The notes beneath the pieces were generated by a model. The model did not search any database and had not been told where the DNA came from. It saw only the letters and a program-made list of their open reading frames with translations. The position numbers were made by a program, and so were the translations under genes. A stretch of DNA of 64,000 nt, from assembly GCA_973895155.1 (NCBI GenBank), contig OZ316893.1:20878955-20942954 (forward strand), in the 5' to 3' direction. Numbering within the stretch: position 1 is the stretch's first letter; the number at the start of each line of letters is the position of its first letter. This document shows positions 37,001 through 55,714 of this stretch, in pieces. Source of the stretch: Marsupella aquatica (Eukaryota; Plantae; Marchantiophyta).

Positions 37001-38185
37001 TGACGCTCCTCCGGCCACCCTGTTGGCAGTAAACTCCACAGATCGATGGACTTGGCACTTGAGGCAGAAAAAAAGACACAGGCAGTAGCGCAGATTTCGA
37101 ACAAATTAACAAATCAGATCGAACGGGTATGAGTAAGAGGAGCGGGTATGAGTAAGAGGATCATTTTTTAAGCTGATGAATCATCTGTTTCATTATTTTT
37201 GCGGAGCAGACCTTCCATCGAGATCTGCCCACCAACAACAGTATGCGTTTGAACCACGAGGAGGACCAGGACCAGCGTTGATGCACGAGTACCAGGACCA
37301 GCGTTGACATATAGCAGAATGCAACGTGTCCACTTACGTACGTACGTCAGATGGAAATATCTAATAGAAGGCGAAGACCATGTGTTTCCTGTATATAGCA
37401 CTCTGAAAGATGGATGTGCTGGATTTGCTTTCTTTCAGAGAGCTATCTACAAGAAGAACATGCTCGTTGTCTTCCATTTGATTGCTCCATCTGATTGGAC
37501 GTGGGTACGCTGCATTGTGCTATTAACGGTGCTCGTGCCGCCCTCCTTGTACGTGGTACGTTCCAAATGCATCGATCGACTGTTGTAGGTGGAAGATGCC
37601 GATGAAAGGCCGGTCTGCTACGCATACATGATGAAACAACATGATTATGATATTTGAGCATAAGGTATCTGACAAACTAAGCCGGACTGAAAAGCACTCA
37701 TCTGGGCTTCACAGAGCGCTAAGGAGTTCAATCAGCTGCATGTCTAGATCAGAATAATATTACAACCAAAACGATATGCGCGATAAGGATGTAGGCGCGG
37801 GGAACTAATGGATGGTAGTATGCGAGAGTATTCGATCATTGTAGCGGGACGGAGTTGCAAGAAGAAAATGTCAAGGTGACCGCGGAATATTGGGCTGACC
37901 TGAGTGGTTTTGTAAGCTTTCAGTATGTGCAGTCGGCCATCTGACCATGAACACACTTTTGGAGTCACTCGGGTGAATGTTGCATGAAGCTGCAGGACTT
38001 GCGGGGCCTTATACCGTCCTTGGAAGTGGCGGAGAGTAGCCCGTGGCGTTGCCAAACGGGGAACGAGAAATGATACTGTTGCTTAGGATAAGCGTTTTTG
38101 GACTATGGATCCATCGATTCCGGCAGCAGGTGACGAGGTGAACGTACTCTCATCGATCCCCGTTGGTGCCCTGGATACTTTGGTG

Positions 38186-38325
38186 ACACTATTGTGGTGA
38201 ACGGGAAGATTTGGCCATATGTGGTCGTTCACCACAATAGTGTGAATATCTGGATGTTCGTGTAATTTCACACTATTATCGTGAACGGGAAGATATGGCC
38301 ATATCTGGTCGTTCCCCACAATAGT
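38186..38325. repeat. Tandem pair of ~58-bp near-palindromes (84-bp period)
   Basis: ACACTATTGTGGTGAACG...CGTTCACCACAATAGTGT forms a perfect 18-bp stem; the second copy has the palindromic core AGATATGGCCATATCT. Confidence 0.85.
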
Positions 38326-41300
38326 ATCAGCTGACTAAATGCGGCCAGCGACCAGTACGTGCTTCTACCTCTCGCTGGACCAAGCTAGGAGAATTGATAT
38401 GTCATCAAAATCGGGACGGATGGAGGGCATATCGCCGCTCCAGTACGTGATTGTCGTTGTGATCGATCCTATCGTCTGGCTCCCGGCCGCTGAAAGGGTA
38501 GATTGCATTGTATTTCGACTTCGAAAGGCTGCAGAACGGCACCACTATAACTCCGCACGATCCAGGTGGACCTTGAGGGACCGAACATATCAGAATTATA
38601 ATCTCGCATCTAGCTGCAGGGCACTGCATGGCAAGGTAAAGTAAGGATCTTGTACATACTAGTAAAATTTGCCAATATCATTGCTTAAACAACAGGCGGA
38701 ATGGACGCTCTGTGTACGTTCTCAACTATCCGAAAAGAATCCGGCACATTTTGGGGTAGGCTACCTTCCACAACCATCAGATCCGGTCTCAAGCGAATGA
38801 TTCTATAAAACGCGTTTCGGTCCTGAGGAAGGGCATGCAAAAATGTCGGAGGAAACTTGTAACACGACTTGTTTTTAGGGATACTGTACTCCTGCCGTTG
38901 ATATATACAACCTCCACAAAACCTGAGTACGGAAACAATATCTATTATTGTCTATGATGAGGCCTCCACAAGCAATATCTATTGTCCTCGCTGGTCTTTC
39001 TTATCCTCCTCGAAAGATGAGCTTTGATTGTAAGTTACAGTAACGAGTAGAAAGCCTTGTGCAAATATTTGACGCCTCTCCGGAGATATTCTCGTGATCG
39101 GGATACTGGAGGGTTAAGTTGACCACCTTTTCCCTTAATTCCGTGCCCAAGGCACCTGGCACACAACCGTCTAGTACAAAGACAAACAAATTCTCAAATC
39201 AAACAGGAGCGGATCGACCTCCACCCTAGCCTGCAGGAGGTCGTCCAATACACATACCGAAATGGGACCAATCTGCTTGCCTCCGTGATCGATCTTGCGT
39301 CCTGATTTCGTGCACCTGCTGTCCTGACAAGGATCCCCGTTCTTTAAAATGATCGAGGCTTCGAAGCATGGAATCGAATTGATCAGCCGTAATAAATTCC
39401 ATATGTTGAAGGAAAGGACGGAAGATATCAGAATTGGTTGTCATCACCTATATAGGGCGTGTGAAGCACGAGGAACGTATCCCGAAACGGGCTGCATCCT
39501 TCGGAACCGGATATCTATTTCTACGATGGTAGTTCTACGGTCGACCTCCGACTGTCTCTTGAAACTTTCAAAATATATCATTGGCCGGGCCACAGTGTTA
39601 CGCGTTACAAGTAATCAGTGAGCCACGTACGGCACAAGGAATCAACGGACTCGAGATCAACGTACTAACGATTTACTGTCGCACCCCCGGTCGCACCCTA
39701 GTCTAAATGTGCCGATTTACCGCCTATGTCGTTGTTCGGTCTGCATGTTGCAGATCTAAGCTTGCCACTGTTAGAAGTGTTTGCAAGGTGCACATCCTAG
39801 CACTAAATGCTTATTTATGTATAAATCGGAGCTTCAACAACTTTATAATTAAACCGGAGTCGATCTCCACATATTCCCAGGCGGATGACAGAGAAGTGGG
39901 GACTAGCTTTCACTGGTGATTTTCCTTGAGAGATCGATCAATCTCTGGTGAGTATCGCACTACAACGACTGAACGAAAGATAAATTAACAAACAAGAATT
40001 CATGATGTTCAACTTGTAATCCAAATATACCGAAATTAAAGGCTTGAATGATTCATAATTTCTCTAGCTTTCAACGCAGCTTCTCTCAAGTCACAGACTA
40101 CAGTGGAAACGAGTTTGTTCGATCTCCTTCTTTATTGCGATTAGGCCAAATATTGCTTTCAACACGTCACAGACAGATTCAACTGATAGTAGGAGTACTG
40201 GCTAGTTGTGCAGGGCCGGAAACTACTCGACCATATAGTCCCCGGCCCAATGTCTATGGCATTTAATGCATTCAAGTTACGCAGTAACAGACGAGTATTG
40301 CCAGTACTGTACGTACATGGTGTTCGTTATATCGATCGAAAGTTAAGAGGTTCCAAAAAATCCTTCCGATTACATCCATATATACCCTCATCACGAGTCA
40401 GCAAAACAATCTTGCGCGCCCGACTGTGCAGCTTGAGGGAAATTTAGGCCATCTTGCCTTAGCTTGGCGGAGGATCGAATTATACATGTCGGCTTGAACT
40501 GTGGCTTTATCGCGAAGAACACTGGTCCCCGCACTGGACGTCAACAACGCTAGTGTGAAATAGCTAGCTTTTGGACCAAAGATTGTGTACTCATACCATG
40601 CGGTTAGGAGATTTTCCTCCTTTCTTGCTATTCATCGCATCCAGTTGACTGTAACTTCGTTTGGACCTGTTCAACACTGACTCAAGAACGTGCACTTTAA
40701 AGGCTGTTAGTAGAATCATGAGCTTGAGATTAAGTGTCATCCAACTAAATGTATAGAGCGCTACATTATCATTCCATGAACCAGCCGGATATAATAGACA
40801 TCATGTGTAATCTTATGACGTTCGTAGTGAGATTGATCGAACGACTCTATATATATTGCCAGTGTATTGCTTCAATATATGCTAATCGAGGTAGTTTTAA
40901 TTCTAAACTAGGCTCTTGATTTAAAATGATGCTCACTTCTTTCGCGTCAAGCACGTACAATTTTGATATCACACAAGTCCTTTAATATCTCGAATGAATA
41001 TACATGTTGCATGCAGTCAACAGGTAGAAATCTTGGTTCACCTTGAATCTCTCAATTCAGATCAGATTTGATGAGCTCATAGGTCCGAGCCTCGTCCTCC
41101 TCCCTTAATTCAGCACAAGCACAATCTCACTTGCGGCAGTGGTCGGCTGCTGTATTACATCATTTGGGCAAGTGAGACCACAACTGAATTGTCAGTGAAA
41201 GTAAGACTCCCGTTCTGTCGATTGATATAAGGTCACGCAGAATCGTTGTCCAGAGCAAGCTAGTAGACGATGTTTGTGAACAGTCATGCATGCTCACCAT

Positions 41301-41461
41301 AATTCAAGGTGCTCTCCGCCACCGAAGGAGCTTCTTTGGATGTTAAACATCTGCTGCAAGTATCACGGGTGAAATAATATTACATACCAATGCCTCCATC
41401 GTGATGCCAGTCCATGACACTACCCCGTACCCACGCCCAAGCTAGTTACAATTTTACAATT

Positions 41462-41846
41462 AAGACACGCTGCTTGCACTGAGGGGAGAGAATGCACTCG
41501 ATTGTTCTCGGTGATCTAACACTTTTGATGAATGGAACGTGCCCCTCGCAGGTACGTTGGAAATGGAAGGGCTCGACGGGGCATCGACCTCCTGGCTAGA
41601 TGACTGATCAACTCCAAAGCCCGATTTGCCGGCAAAAGTAAGCTCCAATTGACAGCCACAATTATACAAGACACGCTGCTTGCACTAAGGGGAGAGAATG
41701 GATTGATTGTTCTCGGTGATCTAACACTTTTGATGAATGGAACGTGCCGCTCTCAGGTTGGAAATGGAAGGGCTCGACGGGGCATCGACCTCCTGGCTAG
41801 GTAGCCTGATCAACTCCAAAGCCCGATTTGCCTGCAAAGTTAAGCT
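41462..41846. repeat. 206-bp tandem duplication
   Basis: AAGACACGCTGCTTGCACT... starts at both 41462 and 41668 with high identity. Confidence 0.92.
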
Positions 41847-43744
41847 GAAGAGTTATAGATCACGCATAACTTAAAGTCTGTAGCCAGAGTTCACACATAC
41901 AACGAATCACTCATTCGACACTCAGACCAGAGCGGGTTGGCCTTCAAGAGGAGCGAGCGCCCCTTTAATCTGATGTGATACCAAGTCGAAGCCGGGATGG
42001 GCCTCCACGTTTCCCAAATGGCTCCGATAGACTTTGGGAAAGGGGATAGTCCGCAGCAAAGCCCTCCCTGTACTAAGACAATACATTTTTGTCTTGGTCA
42101 GCTAACATGATACTTGTTTCACGGAAAAGTGCAATTTGATAGAAAACAATAGTGCTAACTTTGCAAATTAGTTACTTTCTCAAATTTTAATGAAAATGAG
42201 CCTATATTAGGCTACTTAGACCAAGCCACCTCTAAGAGCTGCCAAATATTCTTCTAATCATATATATGAAAAGAGAAATTAATGTGTAAATTATTTGGTG
42301 ATAGAACAAACTTTGGGAAATAGAAAGCTAATAGCGTAGGTACTAATTAAGCAAATGACAGTGTAAAGGGTGTCACCATCCATGGAATTGTATGGTTCAC
42401 TAGTTTTGTCCATATATCAGGTTACATAATATTATTGATGCCTTCCTCATAGATGTACTTTTACTAATACTACTACCTATACTACTGAGTGGTTGGATAT
42501 CAATTGAAAGACGCATTTTGGTAGAAGCCGGTTATCTCAAGCAAACATTCCCATCTTCATAACAAATTAACAAATCTTGCCAGTTGAATCATTTGCTAGA
42601 GAGGTTAGCTACACTTTCATCAAAGTGACAGTAAATTTTTGCGAATTTTGGTCGAGATTTTTATCATAAAATGCAGAGGGGTAAATTCCATTACATTAAT
42701 GTTTATTGTGTTAATATGAAATATATAGGCTTGCCCTTTTTTCCTCTCATTCTCAAGTTGCCTTGTAGGGAGCCACAATCATCAAGTTATGGGCCACAAA
42801 CTCCCATGAATTACCAAAATATGGTCCGCCAGAGCACTCTGTCCAACATGGTGGTGCATCCAGGCTTTAGCTTCAGATATTGTAAGGTCTTCATTATTCA
42901 GTAGTCAGGTTACCATTCAGAATTTACCACGTCGTCCTACTAGTTACTTGGCAGTAACATGTTCCCCTTACCTGTCACTGTAACTGGTCTGTTATATTTA
43001 GTAATTTGGGCTCCATTCCTTTTAAAGCGTCCTTGTCCATGACAAGACCTGGATCCACCAGGTTTCACCATTATTAGACCATTTTCTTGAAATTGTGGAG
43101 CAAAGTTTCACCCTAAAGGGAAATGTGAAAAAGTGAGAAGTATTGGACACTTGTCCTTTTATATGGACAGTGGTGGTTTAAGTTGTTCATTCAAAAGAAC
43201 TTCTGTGCCTAGATCTTCTGCATTGTGCTGATGCTCGAGACACTGGTGTTATATATATATTAGAAGCTCCACCTAAGACAACTGTAAATCTGCAGGATGC
43301 ATGCATAATAGGCACGTAGTAGGATGAACATGTTATATGGGTAGGCCATAATGGGCAAATTAAGACCACCACTTAACTATATAGCGCGCAGAAAGAGGGG
43401 CAGTGACAGCCAGCAGCCACTTGTTTGAGATCGAGAATTAATTAAGGCAAAGCAAAGTTTAGACAGGAAGATGCAGGAAGCATAGCGTAAGGGAGCCTTA
43501 AGTACTCTGCTGGAAGCTGATTAATATTAGGCACAATATTATTTTAGTATATCCAAATATCCACCTGGTGCCCAGAAATCATTGCAAAGCCTCAGGATAC
43601 AAGGCAATCACATGGATGTTGCCACGCCTGGTTTTCACTGTGGGACATGGTGTCTAGTACTTGTCAGCCACGACAAATGACAACTTGTCGGCTCAAAATG
43701 GGTCATTATTTTGTCGGGTATTCCTTTATATTCCCCGGCCGGGA

Positions 43745-43905
43745 CTGACCCCCCAACCCAACCTCCCGACCCCATGACCCCCTGACCCAACCCCTTGACC
43801 CAACCTGACCCCCTGATCCGACCCAACCCCCCGACCCGACCCTGACTGAGCCCCCCAACCCTACCCCCCAGACCAACCCAACCCTCACCCGACCCAACCC
43901 CCCGT
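43745..43905. repeat. C-rich (CCCGA/CCCAA-type) low-complexity tract; G-runs on the minus strand
   Basis: Many C3-C6 runs separated by GA, AA or TGA. Confidence 0.8.
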
Positions 43906-44540
43906 TACCCGGTCGGGATCGATCGGGGCGACATCTGTCGGATGTCGGACCTCAATGCCCTTATTTGTTGGACAAGTTCAAACCCAGTTGCCACATCAAC
44001 TTTGCACTTAATTATGGAACCAGCGAGACCAGTCAGCTACTGTACTTCCCGGGCAACCTCCTGTACGTATGGAGTATCATTGGATGGACTGAGAAGTCTG
44101 TACAACGTATTCTGATCTGAAAGCTAGTTAGAGACATGTCTATCAATGCCTGACTAGTGAAGAACCACTTCGAAGTGTTGGCCAGCAACCGGGCCAGCAA
44201 CGTTTACATACCTTTGTTGCTAGCTCCATACGTTCATTCACACCTATATATACCCCTTTGATTCATCTACACAGGACTCTTTTAGCATTTGGGAGTGTAG
44301 GTGATTCAAAGCTGTCAATCAAGCTAGCTGTTATTACTTGCTAGTGATAGCTTGTATAAGCTCTTATTTCGGTATAACGTTATGTCTCGGTCAGAACAGA
44401 TTTACATTTCAATTCTCTTGTGAAGCAAGTGCGTGGATCGAGCTAGTACGTTGGCCATCTATCCACTCGATCTAACAAGTGCACTGAGTTTGCAGTAACC
44501 ACAGTGTCCAAGTCTGTTTTTGACTTCTTGACGGCTGGAG

Positions 44541-45140
44541 ATGGAGCCTCCAAGCAATCAGCCAGAGAGTGCAGACCCCAATATTTCTCCCCAGGTGCCA
44601 CTACGCGATTCGGCCGCTGGAACAAGAATTACAGGGCAAGGGGGGAACGGGTCAGAGATGGGGTGCCCAAGTTCTTCCAAGAAGTCAAACGGAGTTGACA
44701 CTAACAATCCGCCGATGCAACCTCACGATTCCAAGACTGGAAGCAAACTTGAAGGGCAAGGAGAGAACGATTCAACTTCTGAGACAACCATTGAGAATCA
44801 AAAGAGGGAATGGAACTTGATTCTCCAAAAACTGGGGGAAAGTGGGCCAAATACGTTTGACGATTCGAACACTGGAAGCAAACTTCAATGGCAAGGGGCA
44901 AACTATTCAACTTCTGAGACAACCATTGAAAATGACACGACGAGATCCAACTTGATTCTCCGAAAACTGTCCAAACTTGGCCAAAATACATTAGTGGAGT
45001 TGAAAGATTCTCCCAATAGAAGGGTGGAGTTGATTTTACAAATTGCTGAAAACCTACAAATTGCAGACTCTGAAATATGGTTGTTCTTTCTTTTGCTAGA
45101 TGACATTCTCCAGCGGCCTGAGCTCAAGAACTTACATTAG
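44541..45140 (+). CDS. Hypothetical 199-aa protein with an internal 45-aa duplication
   Basis: ATG-to-TAG ORF; in-frame 135-bp repeat at 44725 and 44860; TATATATA near 44245. No recognisable domain. Confidence 0.4.
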   Translation: MEPPSNQPESADPNISPQVPLRDSAAGTRITGQGGNGSEMGCPSSSKKSNGVDTNNPPMQPHDSKTGSKLEGQGENDSTSETTIENQKREWNLILQKLGESGPNTFDDSNTGSKLQWQGANYSTSETTIENDTTRSNLILRKLSKLGQNTLVELKDSPNRRVELILQIAENLQIADSEIWLFFLLLDDILQRPELKNLH

Positions 45141-45953
45141 CTAGCATTAATTGAATAGCAAATGCATGTCATGCAATGGAGGTTCCACTTGAATTCACCA
45201 GCCATCCTTTCCATATATACATGTTTTAGCGCTCATTAGCAATTGATGATTTCCTTGAATGTGAGCCTGGTGTGATCTTATACATCGATAGGGTATCTAA
45301 GCTTCTTGTTGCATTCAATTGCTGCTCACCAGCTAGGTGGATTTGTTGGCCGCTAGCCATAGATAATTCAGGGATGATATGCATCCCCACCATCAAATTT
45401 AATTTCCTATTATGTCAAGATGGGGACCAGGATGGGGATTCCTAATGTATATATCCCATCTTACTACCGTACCTAGGGTATTGTTGAATGGGATATTTTA
45501 GATTTGAGGCATCTTCTAACCACCAGTTGCCACTCTCCAGGTAGCCTCCTACAAAATTGGGGCCTCTTACTTTGGTTTTCCACAAGTTGCCCCAGTAGTG
45601 GCCAACGATAGGCCTATCATTAGCCCTCCTCCAGTTGTGTAACCCTTCCTGATCGAATTAAATCATACGATCGAATTAAATCATATGATCGTATGATTTA
45701 AATTGCAATAATAAATCTAATGGAAGCAGACCCAGTGCATCAACAACCCATACTGTCTAGACACTAAACAACTTCTTAGAAATCAATGGACCCCCTCGTT
45801 TCTTAGGATAATTAGGGTGTTTTAATTCATGAGCTCAATTAGTTGGGAGTTTGTGAATTAATGAATGCATCCAAGGAATTATGGGTTTCTCATGACTTGG
45901 ATTGGTTTTCTGGAGCAAATAATTTAATTTATTATTTATGGAGAAAAGGTTTT

Positions 45954-46028
45954 CTTGGGGGTCTCATTATATGGAGACCTCCCCATCCCGACGTTTTAGG
46001 TCTCAGATCCCCTAAAATGTAAAATTAA
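45954..46028 (-). mobile_element. Terminal fragment of the CTCGGGGG MITE family
   Basis: Aligns by eye to the reverse complement of the right end of 19858-20153 (TATATGG.GACCTCCCCATC...TTTTAGG.CTC.GA.CCCCTAAAATGTAA). Confidence 0.7.
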
Positions 46029-46677
46029 TCCATTGACACCCATGTTCACCAAGGAATGTATGTGATAAAGTGAAATCAAATTTTAGCTAGGTGGTTTTGA
46101 GTCTCCCGGTGGTCTTGGTGTGTGCTCGTACAAAAGAGAACGCACGAAAGATAGAGGAGATCTCTCTGGTTATTAAACGGAAGTTTGAATATGGAGGAAT
46201 TGAGTTTTTTGACAGTTTTCGTTTACACTTTAGAAAATTCATGTTTCTACTATTCCTGATTGATTGTTTGTGAGTTACATTGAGCATTACCGCCACAAGA
46301 CAAACTAGAAGACAACACTCAGCTATTGGCGAAAGAGTGCTTTAGTTGTCATTTCAATGGGAAAACGCACAAAATGGACGAGCCATCACTTCACGTGAAG
46401 GTTGTGTAGTTTTTTGACAGATTTCATCAAGTACTAAGGAGAGTTATTATTTAGTTTTACAATGTAAGGGTTCGAACTATGTATATTTCTATCGATTGGT
46501 TTTTTCAAATTTGCAAACAATTGAAAAATACAAACATTTTGATGTAAAACACTAATATATCATTGACAAACATCAGAATGATAACTTCATTTTATTATAT
46601 GATATCTCTTATTTTGTATTCTGGTTTCTCTTAGGCTTAATACTTATGGCATGGCGCCCCAAAAATTACACTGTTTT

Positions 46678-47023
46678 GGTCAATTGCAAGATTGAGGGGG
46701 GCAAAAGGACGCAAAAAGATTAGCTCAAAAAGGAGAGAAAAAGGACTCAAAGATCATAAAGATTTAGTTAAACACCACTTCCATAAAGGTTGGACACACT
46801 TCCAAAATTGTTGTGCACACTTCCAAGAAGATTGAGACTTCCTAACAGCCTGGACACAATTCCAAAGACTTGGCCTGCAAGATCTCACCATCCAATCTCA
46901 ACAAACTAATCCTAGCCATTTGATGTAACACCTTGTCCACCCCTTGTAAATTGGGAAGCATTTGAATCCTTTTGGTGGAGAAATTGGAGATCCTTTTTGC
47001 CCCCCTCAAGCTTGCAATTGACC
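46678..47023. mobile_element. MITE with ~32-bp TIRs
   Basis: GGTCAATTGCAAGATTGAGGGGGGCAAAAGGA / TCCTTTTTGCCCCCCTCAAGCTTGCAATTGACC, flanked by TTTT on both sides. Confidence 0.85.
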
Positions 47024-48915
47024 TTTTTGCCACAAACATGAATGTGCGCTTTTATTACTGTCAAAATAGGATCTTGCATGTTTGTGGCTAATTGTGCTGA
47101 TGTGGCGCAACCTCATGGCAGTGAATTTGCAAGGGACCTCTCATGGGGATCCATAAAAAAATATTATTTTTTATCCTCTATAGAGTTGAAATATTGAAAC
47201 AACCCTAATGTTCTTCAACCAAAATTTAAAAGTCTTTCACTGAACTCAATATAAAAACTCTATAAAAACTCCATACTTATTCTCGCATAATGGGTTTGAA
47301 GAAAAGAAATATGAGGACTGTGGGGATCAACCTTGTCTCAAATTCATAAACTAAGCCCTTGCTTGTATACTAGAGACAACCTGCTAGAGGCCAAAATGTC
47401 CATTGGACTATCCTCTTTATATCCTCTTGCTAGAAGGAAGGATCTGAAGGGGCTGATATTTATATCATTGTATCAAGAGGAAGGAACTGATATTTCTATC
47501 ATTTTTGTTTAATTTTTTAATTTTTAATATTTATATCATTGTTGTCTTGACTGTTGTCTTCATATTATCTTGGTAGAATATACAGGACTCTAAAGTAGGA
47601 CTCCAGATTTCACACTCTTTCTTTCAATGTGAATTAAAGCGGCAGGCAATCAGGGCATTTTAATTGTAAGGAATGTCTAGCTCAGATCTGAAGGAGGTGA
47701 AATCGAAAAGCTTCGAAAACAGGGGACATAGGTTATAAGATTAGCTTTGAAGAAAATAGGAGACATAGATTCTAAATTTAGATTTGACTAAAGTTATTGG
47801 TCACACTCAATGTTGCCAAACATTCAATTTCTAGGTTCATGAGATAACACAGAAGTGCAAGTTTTATTTCATAATTTTTCTTCAATAATTATTTTTCACG
47901 ATGAACTTTATCGATCACCCACTTCGAGTTGGATGGCTGAGTACAAGTGCGAATCACTGAAGACACTACGGTTGGCATGAAACATAAGGGACCTCTATCC
48001 GAATAGTTTCTGCCACACTTGATCAGTACACCACTCTCTAAGCAGCTTCACTTCAATCAATCATAATACGCGAGAGACACGGGCGGAGAACAAAGTATCT
48101 AAAAAAACACCTTCTTAATTACTTGCCTTCTCAGTCTCCAGTTGGCTTATGGCATAAACTTTAGCAAATCCTACTTCAATTCCCAGCCAACGAACATGGA
48201 CCGAGGAGCAGATTTCGTCTCACTGGAGAGTGCTCCTCGTTCAATTCTTCTTTATAAAAACACGGCTTCCGTCCTATCCCCCCAGGTCACACTCCCTGGG
48301 GCGGGAACTTATTTGGAGCTGGACAGCTGCAGCTTTGGATAAGGATGCCAAAAAACAGAACGTGAAAAAGATCCGCAGGAAAGCAATGATAACAGAGTCA
48401 CTGTGATCTAACTGATGTCATGGAGCAGTCATCGACTAGGAGGATATTTTTACTCGTATGAACATAGATATCAAAGTCAAAGCTCCAAATATTCAACATT
48501 CTCCCCGGAAATTGTGAAACCACACTTTATTCTTAAAGTTTTCCAAACCTCTCGACCTAGCTAATTCCTAGATGTACATCACATGTATTTACATTGGTTA
48601 AAACTCCGTGAAAGCAAATCATCACTAATGACAATGTATCAATCTTGGAAACAGCATTTATGTAAATAGTGAAATAGCTGCATCTATTCCTATGAGGGTG
48701 TCTCCCATGTATATTACTACCTCATGCCCCGAGCCTTTGCCATGGGTTCCTCTGTGTAATCCAAATTTGATTGATACATGCCATGTAAGTACGTTTCCCT
48801 CCATTTCTTCAATGGATCTGAACTGCCAATCCAGATCACGTACACCGTCCCCAGATAATAACCTAACTTAACTGTTTTGTGTATATGAGATCCAAGCCGT
48901 AAGGTTTACAAATCC

Positions 48916-55714
<6,799 letters not shown>

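Noticed and set aside
33000-41400. Many 60-100 aa ORFs
   Set aside because: No recognisable domains or consistent exon structure; lengths are as expected by chance.
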